This document shows positions 1-12,010 of a DNA stretch of 64,000 bases, piece by piece. Origin of the DNA: Mobula hypostoma (taxonomy: Eukaryota); assembly GCF_963921235.1 (NCBI RefSeq), contig NC_086098.1:9176001-9240000 (forward strand). The letters are read 5' to 3'. The position numbers were made by a program, and so were the translations under genes. Numbering within the stretch: the first letter of the stretch is position 1; every line of letters starts with the position of its first letter. The notes below the pieces were generated by a model. The model ran no database searches, was not told where the DNA came from, and worked only from the letters and a program-made list of their open reading frames with translations.

Positions 1-188
1 GTAAAAGACATGTTGAGGTGAGCTTAACAGGTGTCATTCGTTCATTAGCATAGCTAACGTTATTTAAACTAGCTGGCCAGCTGCTAAAGAGCTACTCTAT
101 TGCAGACATCCCACCTCTCCCAGAAGTCTCCTGCAAATTGATGGTGCTACCTCCCTGAAATGAGTTTTTGCAGGGTGGGATGTCTGCA
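1..188. mobile_element. Probable end of a non-autonomous DNA transposon with a 15-bp inverted repeat
   Basis: tgcagacatcccacc (101-115) is the exact reverse complement of ggtgggatgtctgca (174-188); element likely runs off the left edge. Confidence 0.45.
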
Positions 189-879
189 TTTGGGTAAGTA
201 CATAGGTTGCATAGCTACTGGCATTAAAAGACCTGTTCATCACCAGAGGGATGAAAAGAGCTGAAAAAATTACTGCTGATCCACCAGCTTTTATTGTGTT
301 GTCTGTTCTGGTATTGTACTGTGTGTCATGCTTGGCATCGAACCACAATCAATTCTGGTATGTTTCACATACTGGCAATAAAATGATTCTGATGGATAGA
401 AAAGATTTTGGACCAAATACAGGCACGTGGTACGAGATTGAATAGACATCTTGTTCAGCATGAAAGAGTTATGTCAAAAAGGGCCATTTTCCATGCTGTA
501 GAACTCAATGATTGTCTTGAAATGTTTGGAAGGATTTAATCCATGTTCCAGTTTCTAGTGCTAAGTTCTTAACCTTGAAGGAGGAGTAGTTGTGTATCAT
601 GGCTCTTTGGAGGAACTAATCAGGCATGGAGCCAAATTAAGAATGTACTTTAAAACATTTACATTGCTTATGTCATTGTGGCCAGGATTGGTTGGCCTTG
701 ATAATTTTTGCATCATTTTGATCTGGGAACCATGAGCTTTTTGCTTTTTGAAATATTTAAGAATACCATCTGGCTATACATTTTTGAATAGCTCGATGTG
801 GGATGTAACATTCTGTGGTGATCTTAAGATATGTGGGGGTTTGGTCTTAGTTCTAGAATTAGGTGTGAATGATACTCCA

Positions 880-1338
880 ATGAAAGGGTTACCGTATGAA
901 GAACGTCTGACAGCTCTTAGGCTGTATTCCTTGGAGTTCAGGAGAATGAGGGGGGATCTCATAGAAACACTCAATGTTAAAAGACCTGAACAGATTAGGT
1001 ATGGCAAAGTTATTTCTCATGGTAGGGGAGTCTAGGACAAGAGGGCACGACTTCAATATTGAAGGATGTCCATTTAAAACAGAGATGCGGAGAAATTACT
1101 TTAGTCAGAGGGTGGTAAATCTGTGGAATTTGTTGCCACGAGTGGCTGTGGAGGCCAAGTCATTGGCTGCATTTGAGGCAGAAATAGATAGGTTCTTGAT
1201 TAGCCAGGGCATCAAAGGGTATGGGGAGAAGGCAGGGGAGTGGGGATGACTGGAAGAATTGGATCAGCCCATGATTGAATGGTGGAACAGACTCGATGGG
1301 CCAAATGGCCTACTTCTGCTCCTATGTCTTATGGTCTT
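880..1338 (+). mobile_element. CR1 LINE 3' fragment (ORF2 C-terminus and 3' UTR)
   Basis: MKGLPYEERLTALRLYSLEFRRMRGDLIET and RNYFSQRVVNLWNLLP..EIDRFL are CR1 ORF2 C-terminal motifs; frameshifted; tail cctatgtcttatggtctt. Confidence 0.92.
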
Positions 1339-2459
1339 CAACTCCATGATTGTCACAGACTTGTTGGGCTGAAGGACCTTTTTCATGACTGTGACTCTAT
1401 GACATCTGAAAACAAATTATGAGGGACTTTGAGTGGCAGAGTCAGGTGCAATATTACATCTATATTAGTAACCAATCCTTTATGCCAGCCGGACTGAGGG
1501 AGTGAAACTTTTTTTTTGCTGTTCCTGAACATGGTTAATGAGCCCCAAGACGGTTCTCTGTGGTACCCTCATAACCAAACTGCAGTAATAATTGACATCA
1601 AATGATTCTGGTTATTTGGAGTTGGAATGAAAAATATTGCCTTATTAGTGTGTTCTGAAGCTCTGCTGAAACAGTTTTGAAGCTCTCAGAAAGTGAGTCT
1701 TACATAACCGCCGGTTGTCTCAGCTTTGTCTCAGAAGTGCTTGTCCCTGACTTCTGGCCAGCACAGTCTGCATGCCCTCACTACAGCCTGAAAAGGCTCT
1801 GAGACGATCTAAAGAAATCAATGATCCCATGTACAAAACAGTCTTTGGCAATCTAAAATAAATAAAATGACACATGGAAGTAATTAAGGATGAATTTTGT
1901 AATGTGCAAATTTAGATATACTGGAATAAGTTTTATAAATATATATTTTAAAATTATTTGAAGTACTCTTAATTGCTGCCTTCTAAGTTTAGTTAGGATT
2001 GTGACCTCACATTGCTGCTTTTCATTTACTTACAACCTGCCAAATTTTATTTTCTGTTGGTTGGCATACTAGTTAGGTCATTGTTGGCATCCGAGTTTGT
2101 TTATTGTTATCTGTACTTGAGGAATTGAATTTGTTTGCATCTTACCCAATGGAACATAAATAATAAGTCCTTGCTTTCCAAAAAGTTGCCATGGCTTGGA
2201 GAACACGGTGATTTGTTTGCACCAGTATGATTATTTTTAACCACAGGGAACTCTAGGATTTTACAGAGATTGAATGAAAGTTGTTTAAATATTTAAATAA
2301 AAAGAATTTGTAAAGCTGTGAGAGTAGAGTGTGGGAATGGATGAAAGTGCAATTTTGTTCATTCTTCTCTGTCTGGATAAATGATTATAACTTGTTAGCA
2401 AATTAACAGATTTGTATGTATGAAAATATTCCTTTAAGGAACAAAGAAGTACCTTTTAT

Positions 2460-3026
2460 CTCCCAGTGGCCACACATTTTAATTCCACATCCCATTCCCA
2501 TTCTGACATGTCTATCCACGGCCTCCTCTACTGTAAAGATGAAGCCACACTCAGGTTGGAGGAACAACACCTTATATTCCGTCTGGGTAGCCTCCAACCT
2601 GATGGCATGAACATCGACTTCTCTAACTTCCGCTAATGCCCCACCTCCCCCTCGTACCTCATCTGTTACTTATTTTTATACACACATTCTTTCCCTCACT
2701 CTCCTTTTTCTCCCTCTGTCCCTCTGAATAACCCCTTGCCCATCCTCTGGGTCCCCCCCCCCACTTGTCTTTCTTCCCGGACCTCCTGTCCCATGATCCT
2801 CTCGTATCCCTTTTGCCTATCACCTGTCCAGCTCTTGGTTCCATCCCTCCCCCTCCTGTCTTCTCCTATCATTTTGGATCTTCCCCTCCCCCTCCAACTT
2901 TCAAATCCCTTACTCACTCTTCCTTCAGTTAATCCTGACGAAGGGTCTCGGCCTGAAACGTCGACTGCACCTCTTCCTAGAGATGCTGCCTAGCCTGCTG
3001 CGTTCACCAGCAACTTTTATGTGTGT
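2460..3026 (+). mobile_element. PLE 3' fragment: end of GIY-YIG domain, pyrimidine-rich UTR, pLTR
   Basis: Translates ..PVATHFNSTSHSHSDMSIHGLLYCKDEATLRLEEQHLIFRLGSLQPDGMNIDFSNFR*; closely matches 41070-41630. Confidence 0.92.
2931..2967 (+). ncRNA. Minimal type I hammerhead ribozyme motif in pLTR
   Basis: ctgacga (2935-2941), a, stem II ggg-tctcgg-cct, gaaac (2955-2959), gtc triplet (2960-2962). Confidence 0.8.
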
Positions 3027-3495
3027 TCCTTTTAAGTAAATGTCTAAAGGTTAAGATAGAGGCAGAGTTGACCGTATATTCTATCATTGTTTTAAGAATC
3101 TGTTGATATTAAGGCAAAATTAATTTTCCCTCTTTTCTCCCCATTCTCCTTTACACTGAGTTGCTGTTCCCTGCTTGCTACCTACTATGCAGATATTTTC
3201 CAGACACTGTTTCTGAAACTAGTTGACTTTTTGCTTACAAATATGACTATACAGTGACCTCAAGATTATTTAAAGAAGCACAGATATTCCAGAGAGGAAA
3301 ACAGTCACTGTAATTGGCCTTTTTTTTTCAAAAGAATTCTTTTAAACGTTCTGCAGAAGTTACTCTCCCTAATCAGTTTTTGTTTGCCATCAAACTTTCA
3401 GTTGCTCTACACTTCAAAACTGATATAAAATCTAACATTACTCTATTGGAATCTGTTGGCTCCATAGCAGTAGACAGCCAGGACACTTTGGAATA

Positions 3496-3791
3496 ATTTA
3501 CTTATTTAATTTATTTTTTGGATGTAGCGCAGAAAAGGCTGTTCCATCCCTTCGAACCGTGCTGCCCAGCATCCCCTAATTTAACCCTAGACAAAACACA
3601 TGACAGTTGACAATGACTAATTAACTTGCCAACTGGTATATCTTTGGACTGTAGGAGGAATCTGAAGCAACTAGAGGAAATCCATGCAGTCACAGGGAGA
3701 ACGTGCAGACTCCTTACAGGCATTGGGGGGATTTGAGCCCAGGTTGCTGGCATTGTAAAGAGTTGTGCTAAGCACTACGCTACTGTGCTGC
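3496..3791 (-). mobile_element. tRNA-derived V-domain SINE with CR1-like tail
   Basis: Minus strand: tRNA-like head gcagcacagtagcgtagtgcttagc..gggctcaaatcc, V core gttctccctgtgactgcatggatttcctc..cagtccaaaga, A-rich tail. Confidence 0.75.
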
Positions 3792-3894
3792 GTTAAATAA
3801 ACCCAGTAACTAATTTTTGATAGTATCATGATCCTGCACTGAATGAAAAATACCAAAGTTTTCACGTTCGTGAACAAGGGAAAGTCTGTAATTG

Positions 3895-4115
3895 CTGGAA
3901 ATCAAAGCAACAGTTGCAAAATGCTGGAGGAACTTAGCAGGCCTGGCAGCAACAACCAGAAAAGAGTAGAGTTGAAGTTTTGGGCCTGGACCCTTCAGCA
4001 TTACTGGAAAAACCTCCAGTGCTGCTGAAGGGTCTCGGCCCTAGATGTCGACTATACTCTTTTCCATAGATGCTGCCTGGCCTGCTGAGTTCCTCTATCA
4101 TTTTGTGTTTGTTGC
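3895..4115. mobile_element. Fold-back pair of inverted PLE pLTRs
   Basis: Arm ~3917-4008 is an imperfect reverse complement of ~4015-4104; both carry degenerate hammerhead cores (tgctgaaggg). Confidence 0.8.
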
Positions 4116-4508
4116 AAAGTTTTCACATTTCCAAGTTGTAGCCTTTTATGTGCTCACTACTAAAAATCTTCTCATTTAGCTTTTTCTGTCTTGGTTCTTT
4201 TTAAGTATCGGGTAATGACATGCATTGTATTTTTTCCTGTATTATTGACCAATTAGAAACAAATTTATTAGAAGGCATTGTTCAATAGAAATGTAAATGA
4301 ATGGTAGTCATTGACCTGAAACATTACCTCAGTTTCTCTTTCAATAGTTGCTGCCTGATGTGCAAAGCATTTTCAACATTTTCTGTCCTAAAAATCAGGT
4401 TTATTATCACTGACATATATCGTGAAATTACTTATTTTGCTTTAGTGGTACAGTGCAATTCATAATAGAAATTACTATGCATTCCATTGTACCTTCTGGT
4501 ATCTCCTT

Positions 4509-5160
4509 TACCTAATAAAGTATGTGTATAAACTGAGTGTATGTTCGTGGTTTTCTGCTGCTGTATCACATTCACTTCAAGGTTCGCTGTGTTGTGCGTT
4601 CAGAGATGCTCTTCTGCACACCATTGTTGTAACACGTAGTTATTTGAGTTACTGTTGCCTTCCTGTCAGCTTGAACCAGACTGACTATTCTCCTCTGTCC
4701 TCTCTCATTAACAGGGCATTTTCACCCACAGAACACCCACTCACTGGATTTAAAAAATTTTGAACCATTTTCTGTAAACCCTAGAACATAAGAACATTAG
4801 AAATAGGAGCAGGAATAGGCCATCTGACCCGTCAAGCCTTCTCCGCCATTCAGTAAGATTATGGCTGATCTGGCCATGGACTCATCTCCACCTACCTGCC
4901 TTTTCCCCACAACCTTTAATTCCCCTACTATGCAAAAATCTATCCAACCTTGTCTTAAATATATTTACTGTGATAGCCACCACTGCTTCTTTGGACAGTG
5001 ACGTGTGTGAAAATGACAGGAGATCAACAGCTTTTGAGGTGCTCAAACCTCTCCATCTGGCACTGGCAATAATTCCACAATCAAAGCCACAACTCTTCCC
5101 CATTCTGATGTTTGGACTGAACAAACTAAACCTCTTGACCATGTCTGTATGCTTTTATAC
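4509..5160 (-). mobile_element. Internally deleted Tc1-like element interrupted by a CR1 fragment
   Basis: Minus frame MGKSCGFDCGIIASARWRGLSTSKAVDLLSFSHT resembles Tc1 transposase HTH; collinear with uninterrupted copy 42485-43024. Confidence 0.8.
4785..4998 (-). mobile_element. CR1 3' fragment nested in the Tc1-like element
   Basis: Minus frame EAVVAITVNIFKTRLDRFLHSRGIKGCGEKAG; CR1-type tail. Confidence 0.85.
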
Positions 5161-5682
5161 AACTCATTTTTAATTCACTTTTTTTTTAGTTGTTACATGG
5201 TATTATTTTTTCTTCAGTGATTCAGGTAAGTTTGGGAGCACGGGAACTGGGATCACAGAAATAGAGTCATGAAGGGTTTGGGCATCAAGTTTGTTAGATA
5301 GCTTGAGACGTTGAAGCCAAGAGCAGTTATCTGCAATCCTGCTGTTCACTACATGTGGCAATCTCCCGTTGTGTCTTCTTGGTGTTGTGAGCAGGCTGCT
5401 TCTTACCATCGATGAGGAAGTTGATATCTTTTTGGGCCATTGCAAGTTCAGCCACAACTTTCTGTGTGGAGTCATTAAGTTTCGGTGTTCCCTCAGTTTG
5501 CACGTTGCCCTTTGTTGCTGCCATTCAACACTAAAATCCAGCAAAGTTTGGACTGTAATGTGTTTTGAAACAAGTAGAGTTTACTTTGACTCATGCCTTT
5601 TGTCAATGTATAGTGTAATTAATTTGTCAGGAAATCTGAAAAGAATATTTTAATTTAGTGTCTGGGATAGTGTGGCTTGAAA

Positions 5683-6328
5683 CTACTACTAGTACGTCGA
5701 CTGAGGCCTAGGGGGTCGGCGTCGGGCACGATGACGGACTGTCCTCCCTCTCCTTCATCAGTGTGTTCAGTTCATCTACATTAGCCATGCTGCTGTCTTC
5801 TAGGAGCGTGTGGGAGGGCGCCCAGGGTTCATCCTCCCATGCTTGGGCTCCCATATGATGACTAAGCTGACAGGTAGCTCGGGGTGGCATAGACAGTGCC
5901 CTGCTAGTTGCAGTCTTCTCGCCTCGATTTTAGTGGTGAGCATCTGTAGGTCGTCATAGAGCTTGACGTTCGTCTTGTGCTGTTGCCAGCTCACTTCAAG
6001 AGCCATCCGGAGCATTCGTGTATAGCAACCATCTAGAGACTTTCGCATAGTCTTGGTGAGTGTCCACGTCTCACATCCGTACGTGAGAATGGACTCTATG
6101 ACTGCTGTGAAGATCCTCTTTTTAAGCCCTCTGGTCAGGTTCGACTTCCAGATTTCTTTCATTTCGTTCATAGCCCTCCACGCCAGCGCCTTCCGTATCT
6201 TCATGTCCTTCTCCGAACTCATCATTCTTGACCCGAGGTACTAGTAGTCAAAGACTTTCTTAATGGTATCATTCTTTATGGTCTTGACAGTACCTTCGTT
6301 GCAGTTAAACGCCATGTACTCTGTCAAA
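5683..6328 (-). mobile_element. RTE-clade LINE, 5'-truncated, with TSD
   Basis: ORF 5800-6225 (ESILTYGCETWTLTK..CYTRMLRMAL..RRLQLAGHC) is RTE RT C-terminus; (tag)n tail; flanks gatagtgtggcttgaaa (5666-5682) and gacagagtggcttgaaa (6329-6345), 15/17 identical. Confidence 0.88.
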
Positions 6329-6699
6329 GACAGAGTGGCTTGAAAAATGCACCATAAATATTTTGTATTTGCTGCCCGTTGATAGCTTAACTTGTTCCTT
6401 GCTCAGTTGAAATTGAAATTCAGTCATTGAAAGTTAGTTTGTTGCTTTGATAGCTTTGGTTAAAAAAGTGATTAAAATATAGTAATATAAAGAAAGCTTC
6501 ATTTTGTAATATAAAAACATAGTATTTCTTCAGATGTGGCTAGCTTCCTACTTGGTATGAAGTTTGTTGTCCATAGAAATCATTGATCCTTTCACTTGGA
6601 GTGATTTTTATGGTCAATTTTGTTTTGGAACTGAAGTTCATCTACTTTTCCTGACATTGACTTAATGGTTATAGCAACAAAATAGCCTTCCTTTCATCT

Positions 6700-7046
6700 C
6701 TTCCGCAGTCTGACCTTTTATCTCTTCTCAGCTGCCTCTTTCTTCCCCGGGACCCTTCCACCTTCTGTTTCTTCATTTGTCCACTCGCCTCTCCTATTAG
6801 ATTCTTTCATCTCCAGCCCTTGACCTTTCCCACTCACCTGGCTTTACCTATCACCTTCCACCCAGACTCCTTCCCAGCCCCCCGCCTTTTTATTTTGTCA
6901 TCTTCTCCCTTCCTTAGTCCAGTAGAAGTGTCTCTCAGTGCAAAATTTCAACTGTTTTTCCATAGATGCTGCCTGACCTGCTGAGTTCCTCTAACATTTT
7001 GTGTGTGTTGCTCTGGATTTCCTGCACCAGCAGACTTTCTCATGTT
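6700..7046 (+). mobile_element. Degenerate PLE 3' UTR and pLTR
   Basis: Pyrimidine-rich tract then catagatgctgcctgacctgctgagttcctc..ttttgtgtgtgttgctctggattt. Confidence 0.8.
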
Positions 7047-8171
7047 TAACGAAATAGCTTGACGGTTTATTTGGAAATATTTATAAATTAGCTTCTGAAT
7101 AAAGTATTTTCTGAGAGAGCAGATTCTGTGCAGAGATAGATTTCTTTTTTTTTCCTTATTTGAGTTGTGTTTCAGTTGTTCTTTATTTGCATCTCTGCTT
7201 ATTATACTCTTGAAGAAATTTGGCATTCTTCAAAAGAATCCTTAGTTTAATAAATATACTCTAAAATAAAAATATTTAAAATTCAAAACTGCTTTGCTTG
7301 ACAATTAGGAGTTCTTTTTAACGTGTGTCTGATAGTTTTTATACAAGTATTTTGTTAAGGTTGTAAATCAGAATTTGCTCCTAGCACAGAGCAGAAGATA
7401 CTATAGAACTGGCAGGAAAGTGGTCAGTAGAATAAGCCAGGAAATTATGATAAACGGCATTGTTTAAAACCATACTATGAATAGGCAAGTCATCTGTTTA
7501 ACAAATGTGACTTGAAGTCTTGAAGGGGGTGCAAGGAGAGATATCTGTACGACAACATATATGTAATATATAGAGCTGGATGATATTTTACTTTATGGAA
7601 AATGGGAACTTGATACAATAATAATAAAAGTGTAGTTAAAGAACAAAATTAGGTTCAGAGCATTTTAAAGTGTGTGCATAAACTATGTCAGATGATAGCT
7701 TTCTTGACCTGCTAAATCCTAAAACCAGATGTCATGTATTACTTAACTCTTTTTTATATAATTTACAAATAGGAAGTTAGTCCATGTGGTTTTGATAATA
7801 ATTGTTTAGATATTTAAATATTGCAACAACCACTAAAGATAAGAAATGAGTGTATCATTTTCCCAAGACTAAATGTAAATATATATCAAAGTCATTAGAA
7901 TGACAAATATCGAAACAGGTTCTGCGGGAACAACCATGCTGAGTCTCCAGTGGTTATGCATGCACTTATTCAATTTGATTAAAATAAAACTATTGTAGAA
8001 ATTGCAGTAGAATCTATATTAGGAAATATTTGAAGGACAGAAAAATAGTCCTTGTGGGCAGGTTATATGGTATAATGACTTGTACACACGTGCATATATC
8101 AATAATTCAACTAACAGTGGATTGTGAGTCACTATTAGCCTGTCTAGTCATCTGCTATATTATAACCTCCA

Positions 8172-8412
8172 CCTACTGTTTATGGGACTGACCTGTCCAC
8201 TCCTACTGTCACACTGACTTCTGCATTCCCACCATCACGCTGTCCACTCTCATTGTCTACTGACCTCTGCGCTCCTACTGTCAAACTATCCCTCCCCACT
8301 GTCACACTGACCTCTGCATTCCCACTATCACATTGTCCATTCTCGTTGTCTACTGACCTCTGCATACCCACTGTCAAACTACCCTTCCCCACTGTCACAC
8401 TGACCTCTCCCA
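8172..8412. repeat. 93-bp-period tandem repeat (~2.3 copies) built from ~23-bp subunits
   Basis: ctgtcacactgac starts at 8206, 8299 and 8392. Confidence 0.9.
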
Positions 8413-8869
8413 ATTTCACATTTACCTCTCACCTAACAAAAGCTTATCATATGCAAGTTTCAAGTTTTGCTTTGCAAACTTTTCAATCATTCTGAAGCAA
8501 GTTTTTCTATACTGTATTTTGTGTAGCTTGCAAATTGTGAAACTGTAATCAGATTGATTGAAACCAGTTTGGGAAAGACACTGATGAGTTTTCAAGGAGG
8601 TTGTACTCTTAAAATTCAGAGAAGGAGATGAGAGTATGACACTGATATATTGGCTTTTAAAGTCATAGATAAATAAATAGAATTAAATAGATCCAACTTG
8701 AAAGAATGCAGAAAAATCCACAATGATGTAACTGGAATTGGAGGGTTTGAATTATACAGAGAGTACAATAGCTGGAACATTTGAACTTGGATCATATGAG
8801 GCTGAGGGGCGACCTTATAGAGTAGGGGTTACCAAACTGGGTCCATAGTTAATGGTAAGGGTCCGTGGA

Positions 8870-9130
8870 TTCCTACATTTACACACTTAGTCCAGCAGTC
8901 GTGGAGCATACGGATCCCTCCTTTGTAGAAGTCGGGGTCTTGGACCTCCAGAAGTGGTCCATAGTAGGGGTGATTGATAAGTTTGTGGCCTAAGGTAGAA
9001 GGAGATGAGTTATTAACTTCAAACTTTCTGCATTTGCACCCAAAAAGTTGAACTGCACGTGCACATTACGAGAGTGATATAACTCATCTCCTTCTACCTT
9101 AGGCCACAAACTTATCAATCACCCTTCGTA
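8870..9130 (-). mobile_element. Mariner-derived non-autonomous element with perfect 46-bp inverted repeat
   Basis: 8968-9013 is the exact reverse complement of 9079-9124; minus frame 8871-8963 reads LEVQDPDFYKGGIRMLHDCWTKCVNVG (mariner transposase C-terminus); ends in cgta. Confidence 0.82.
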
Positions 9131-9180
9131 GATAAGGTGGGTGATTACAGTCTTCTCTCGGGGTAGGGGAGTTTAAAAAA

Positions 9181-10274
9181 GTGTGCATGGAACTGGAGGA
9201 GATAGCAGAGGTACTCAATGAGTACTTTGCTTCAGTATACACTACGGAAAAAAATCTTGGCAATTGTAAGGATGACTTACAGCAGACTGAAAAGCTTGAG
9301 CACGTAGATGTTAAGAAAGAGGATGTGCTGGAGCTTTTGGAAAGCATCAAGTTGGATAAGTCACCAGGACCAGGCGAGATGTACTCCAGGCAACTGTGGG
9401 AGGCGAGGGAGGAGATTGCTGTGCCTCTGGCGATGATCTTTGCATCATCAATGGAGAGGTTCCGGAGGATTGGAGGGCTGTGGATGTTTTTCCAGTGTTC
9501 AAGAAAGGGAGTAGAGATAGCTCAGGAAGTTATAGACCAGTGAGTCTTACTTCAGTGGTTGGTAAATTGATGGAGAAGATCCTGAGAGGCAGGATTTATG
9601 AACATTTGGAGAGGCATAATATGTTTAGGAATAGTCAGCATGGTTTTGTGAAAGGCAGGTGGTGCCTTACGAGCCTGATTTAATTTTTTGAGGATGTGAC
9701 TAAACACATTGATGAAGGAAGAACAGTATATGTAGTGTATATGGATTTCAACAAGGCATTTGATAAGGTACCCCATGCAAGGCTTATTGAGAAAGTAAGG
9801 AGGCATGGGATCCAAGGGGACATTGCTTTGTGGATCCAGAACTGGCTTGCCCACAGAAGGCAAAGAGTGGTTGTAGACGGGTCATATTCTGCATGGAGGT
9901 CGGTCACCAGTTGTGCCTCGGATCTGTTCTGGGACCCTGCTCTTTGTGATTTTTATAAATGACCTCGATGAAGAAGTGAGGGGATGGGTTAGTAAATTTG
10001 CTGATGACACAAATGTTGGGGATGTTGTGGATAGTGTGGAAGGCTGTCAGAGGTTACATCGGGACATTGATAGGATGCAAAACTGGGCTGAGAAGTGGCA
10101 GATGGAGTTCAACCCAGATAAGTATGAGGTGGCTCATTTTGGTAGGTCAAATATGGCAGAATATAGTATTAATGGTAAGACTGTTGGCAGGTAATTTCTC
10201 AGGTAAGGACATGTTCAGCACAGCTTTGTGGGCCAAGGGCCTGTATTGTGCTGTAGGTTTTCTTTGTTTCTATG
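9181..10274 (+). pseudogene. CR1 ORF2 reverse transcriptase fragment, frameshifted, joined by deletion to CR1 tail
   Basis: DKSPGP, YRPVSLTSVVGKLME, QHGFVKGR, YMDFNKAFDKVPH, SKFADD (9997-10008) spread over frames; tail 10190-10274 matches minus CR1 tail at 35230-35320. Confidence 0.93.
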
Positions 10275-10533
10275 AATGGGTTTAAGGTGATCGGGAAAAT
10301 TTTAAAGGGGACCTGAGGGGCAACCCTTTCACACGGTGGGTTGTGCAACCAGTTGTGAGAGGAAGCTGCAGAGGCCAATAAAATAACAATGTTTAAAAGA
10401 CATTTGGATATGGATATGGCTTGAGGAACATGGACCAAATGTAGTTAAATGGAACTAACTCAGACAGACATTTTAATCACGTTGGGACGAATTGGACCAT
10501 TGGGCCTGTTTCTGAGCAGTATAACTAGGACTC
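10275..10533 (+). mobile_element. Old CR1 3' fragment, continuing pieces at ~8700-8821 and ~9130-9178
   Basis: ggtttaaggtgatcgggaaaattttaaaggggacctgagggg..tttaaaagacatttggata..gggcctgtttctg. Confidence 0.7.
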
Positions 10534-11659
10534 TTGTTTGCGTTTCTAGATCAGTGTGTTGCTTTTGGCTTAAATTTCAAGAATTACAGTAGGTGAAATG
10601 GTTCTGCCTCTTGGATTATTATTCTGGTGTTCTAGACAGTTTATGCAGTAATATTACAGTTTATTATATTCTCAAAGGTTCCTTCATTGTTAATATCCAG
10701 AGTTCATGTAGCAAATCTGACATAAATTAGCCTAACTTCCAATGTGTTTATTTTTTCCTCTGTTCCTTAAGTTGAAGCAGAAGGAGTGAATGATGAAGTT
10801 CAGCCTGTATTATACTAATTAGTGGCACAGTGCATTGTATTAATGAAGTTTCAGTCTTTGGCTTCAGCTACTCTGCTATGTCTGGCCCAATCCTTAGTGT
10901 AATACAGCTAGTTTAGCTTGTTTAGACTGTTATTAACAATCAGGTTGGTAGGAAATCAATTCAGTTTAAAAAAAACTTTTTATTTAGAGATCTTACAATA
11001 ATCTCAGAAAATTTATTTAATAATTTTAAAATAAAAATTATTTTGGAGATCACCCTTTTTTACGGGTGTTACCGTTAATCAAATTTTAAAGTTAATGCAT
11101 AAGCCTAAAGGAGAATTGACCTGAATTTTCTTTGTAAAGGTGAAAAGTGAAAGAGTTCAAAGTGTACGTCTCTTTGAGATAATTCATTCCTATACTTTTC
11201 TACTTACACATAGGCATATGCATTGATTCCACCCACCCCACATACATACACACCCACACATCCTGCCCCCAATCCTTTGAACATTGACACATCTACATCT
11301 TGTGTTTAGTGAGTCACAGACCTTTGAGGTGCAGATACAAACGGTTTCACTTCCAGTTGACTTTATGTTAAAGCATCTGAAGAGTTCCAAATGGTTCAAT
11401 AATTTGGTTAAGAATTAAGAGTTGCTTCTTATTAGTAAATTTTCAGTGTGTATTTTCCTAAGCATTAAGCCCTTATGAGGTATAACAGGCAACACAGAGT
11501 TAGTTATTTAACCATCAGCTCTTTGGTTCTCCAGAGTGGTCCCACCATTCTCAAAACCCCTTCTATCTGTAGCTCAGCAACCTATCTCTCTCACTTATCC
11601 ATCTTGGTTCTTTTGTCACTTATTTGCACAAAGTAATAATTTACAATAGAAAGAAAAAA

Positions 11660-11800
11660 ACTGCATTTCTTTAGGAACAATCTGGAATATCTGACACGGT
11701 CACAGGGCAAATGTGCAAATTCACAGAGACAGTCCCAAGTTATAGATCAAGTTCAGGACTTTGGAGTTGTGAAGTAACAGTGACAACTGCTGTGTCACTT
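11660..11800 (-). mobile_element. Degenerate V-SINE
   Basis: acacggtcacagggcaaatgtgcaaattcacagagacag is the reverse complement of the V core. Confidence 0.5.
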
Positions 11801-11854
11801 ATAATACAAAATTATGTAATTATATACAGCACATCCACATGATAGAGGAAAGGG

Positions 11855-12010
11855 GGCCTCAGACAATACTAACTTCAACAATGCAGCAGCTCCTCAAAAA
11901 CACATTGAAATGTTAGCCTTCATGTTATGCTCAATTCTCTGAAGAGTAACTTGAATACATGACCATCTTAAATGGGAGCATGAATGATGTCACTGAGCCA
12001 ATGTTGATCT
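11855..12010 (-). mobile_element. Old tRNA-headed SINE resembling Deu-domain SINEs
   Basis: aatgcagcagctcctca..tgttagcc..tatgctcaattctctg..cttgaa..cactgagcca; homologous to plus copy at 22818-22885 and 23263-23322. Confidence 0.5.

Noticed and set aside
4882..5142. Apparent Tc1-CR1 fusion ORF
   Set aside because: Chance in-frame junction from a nested insertion
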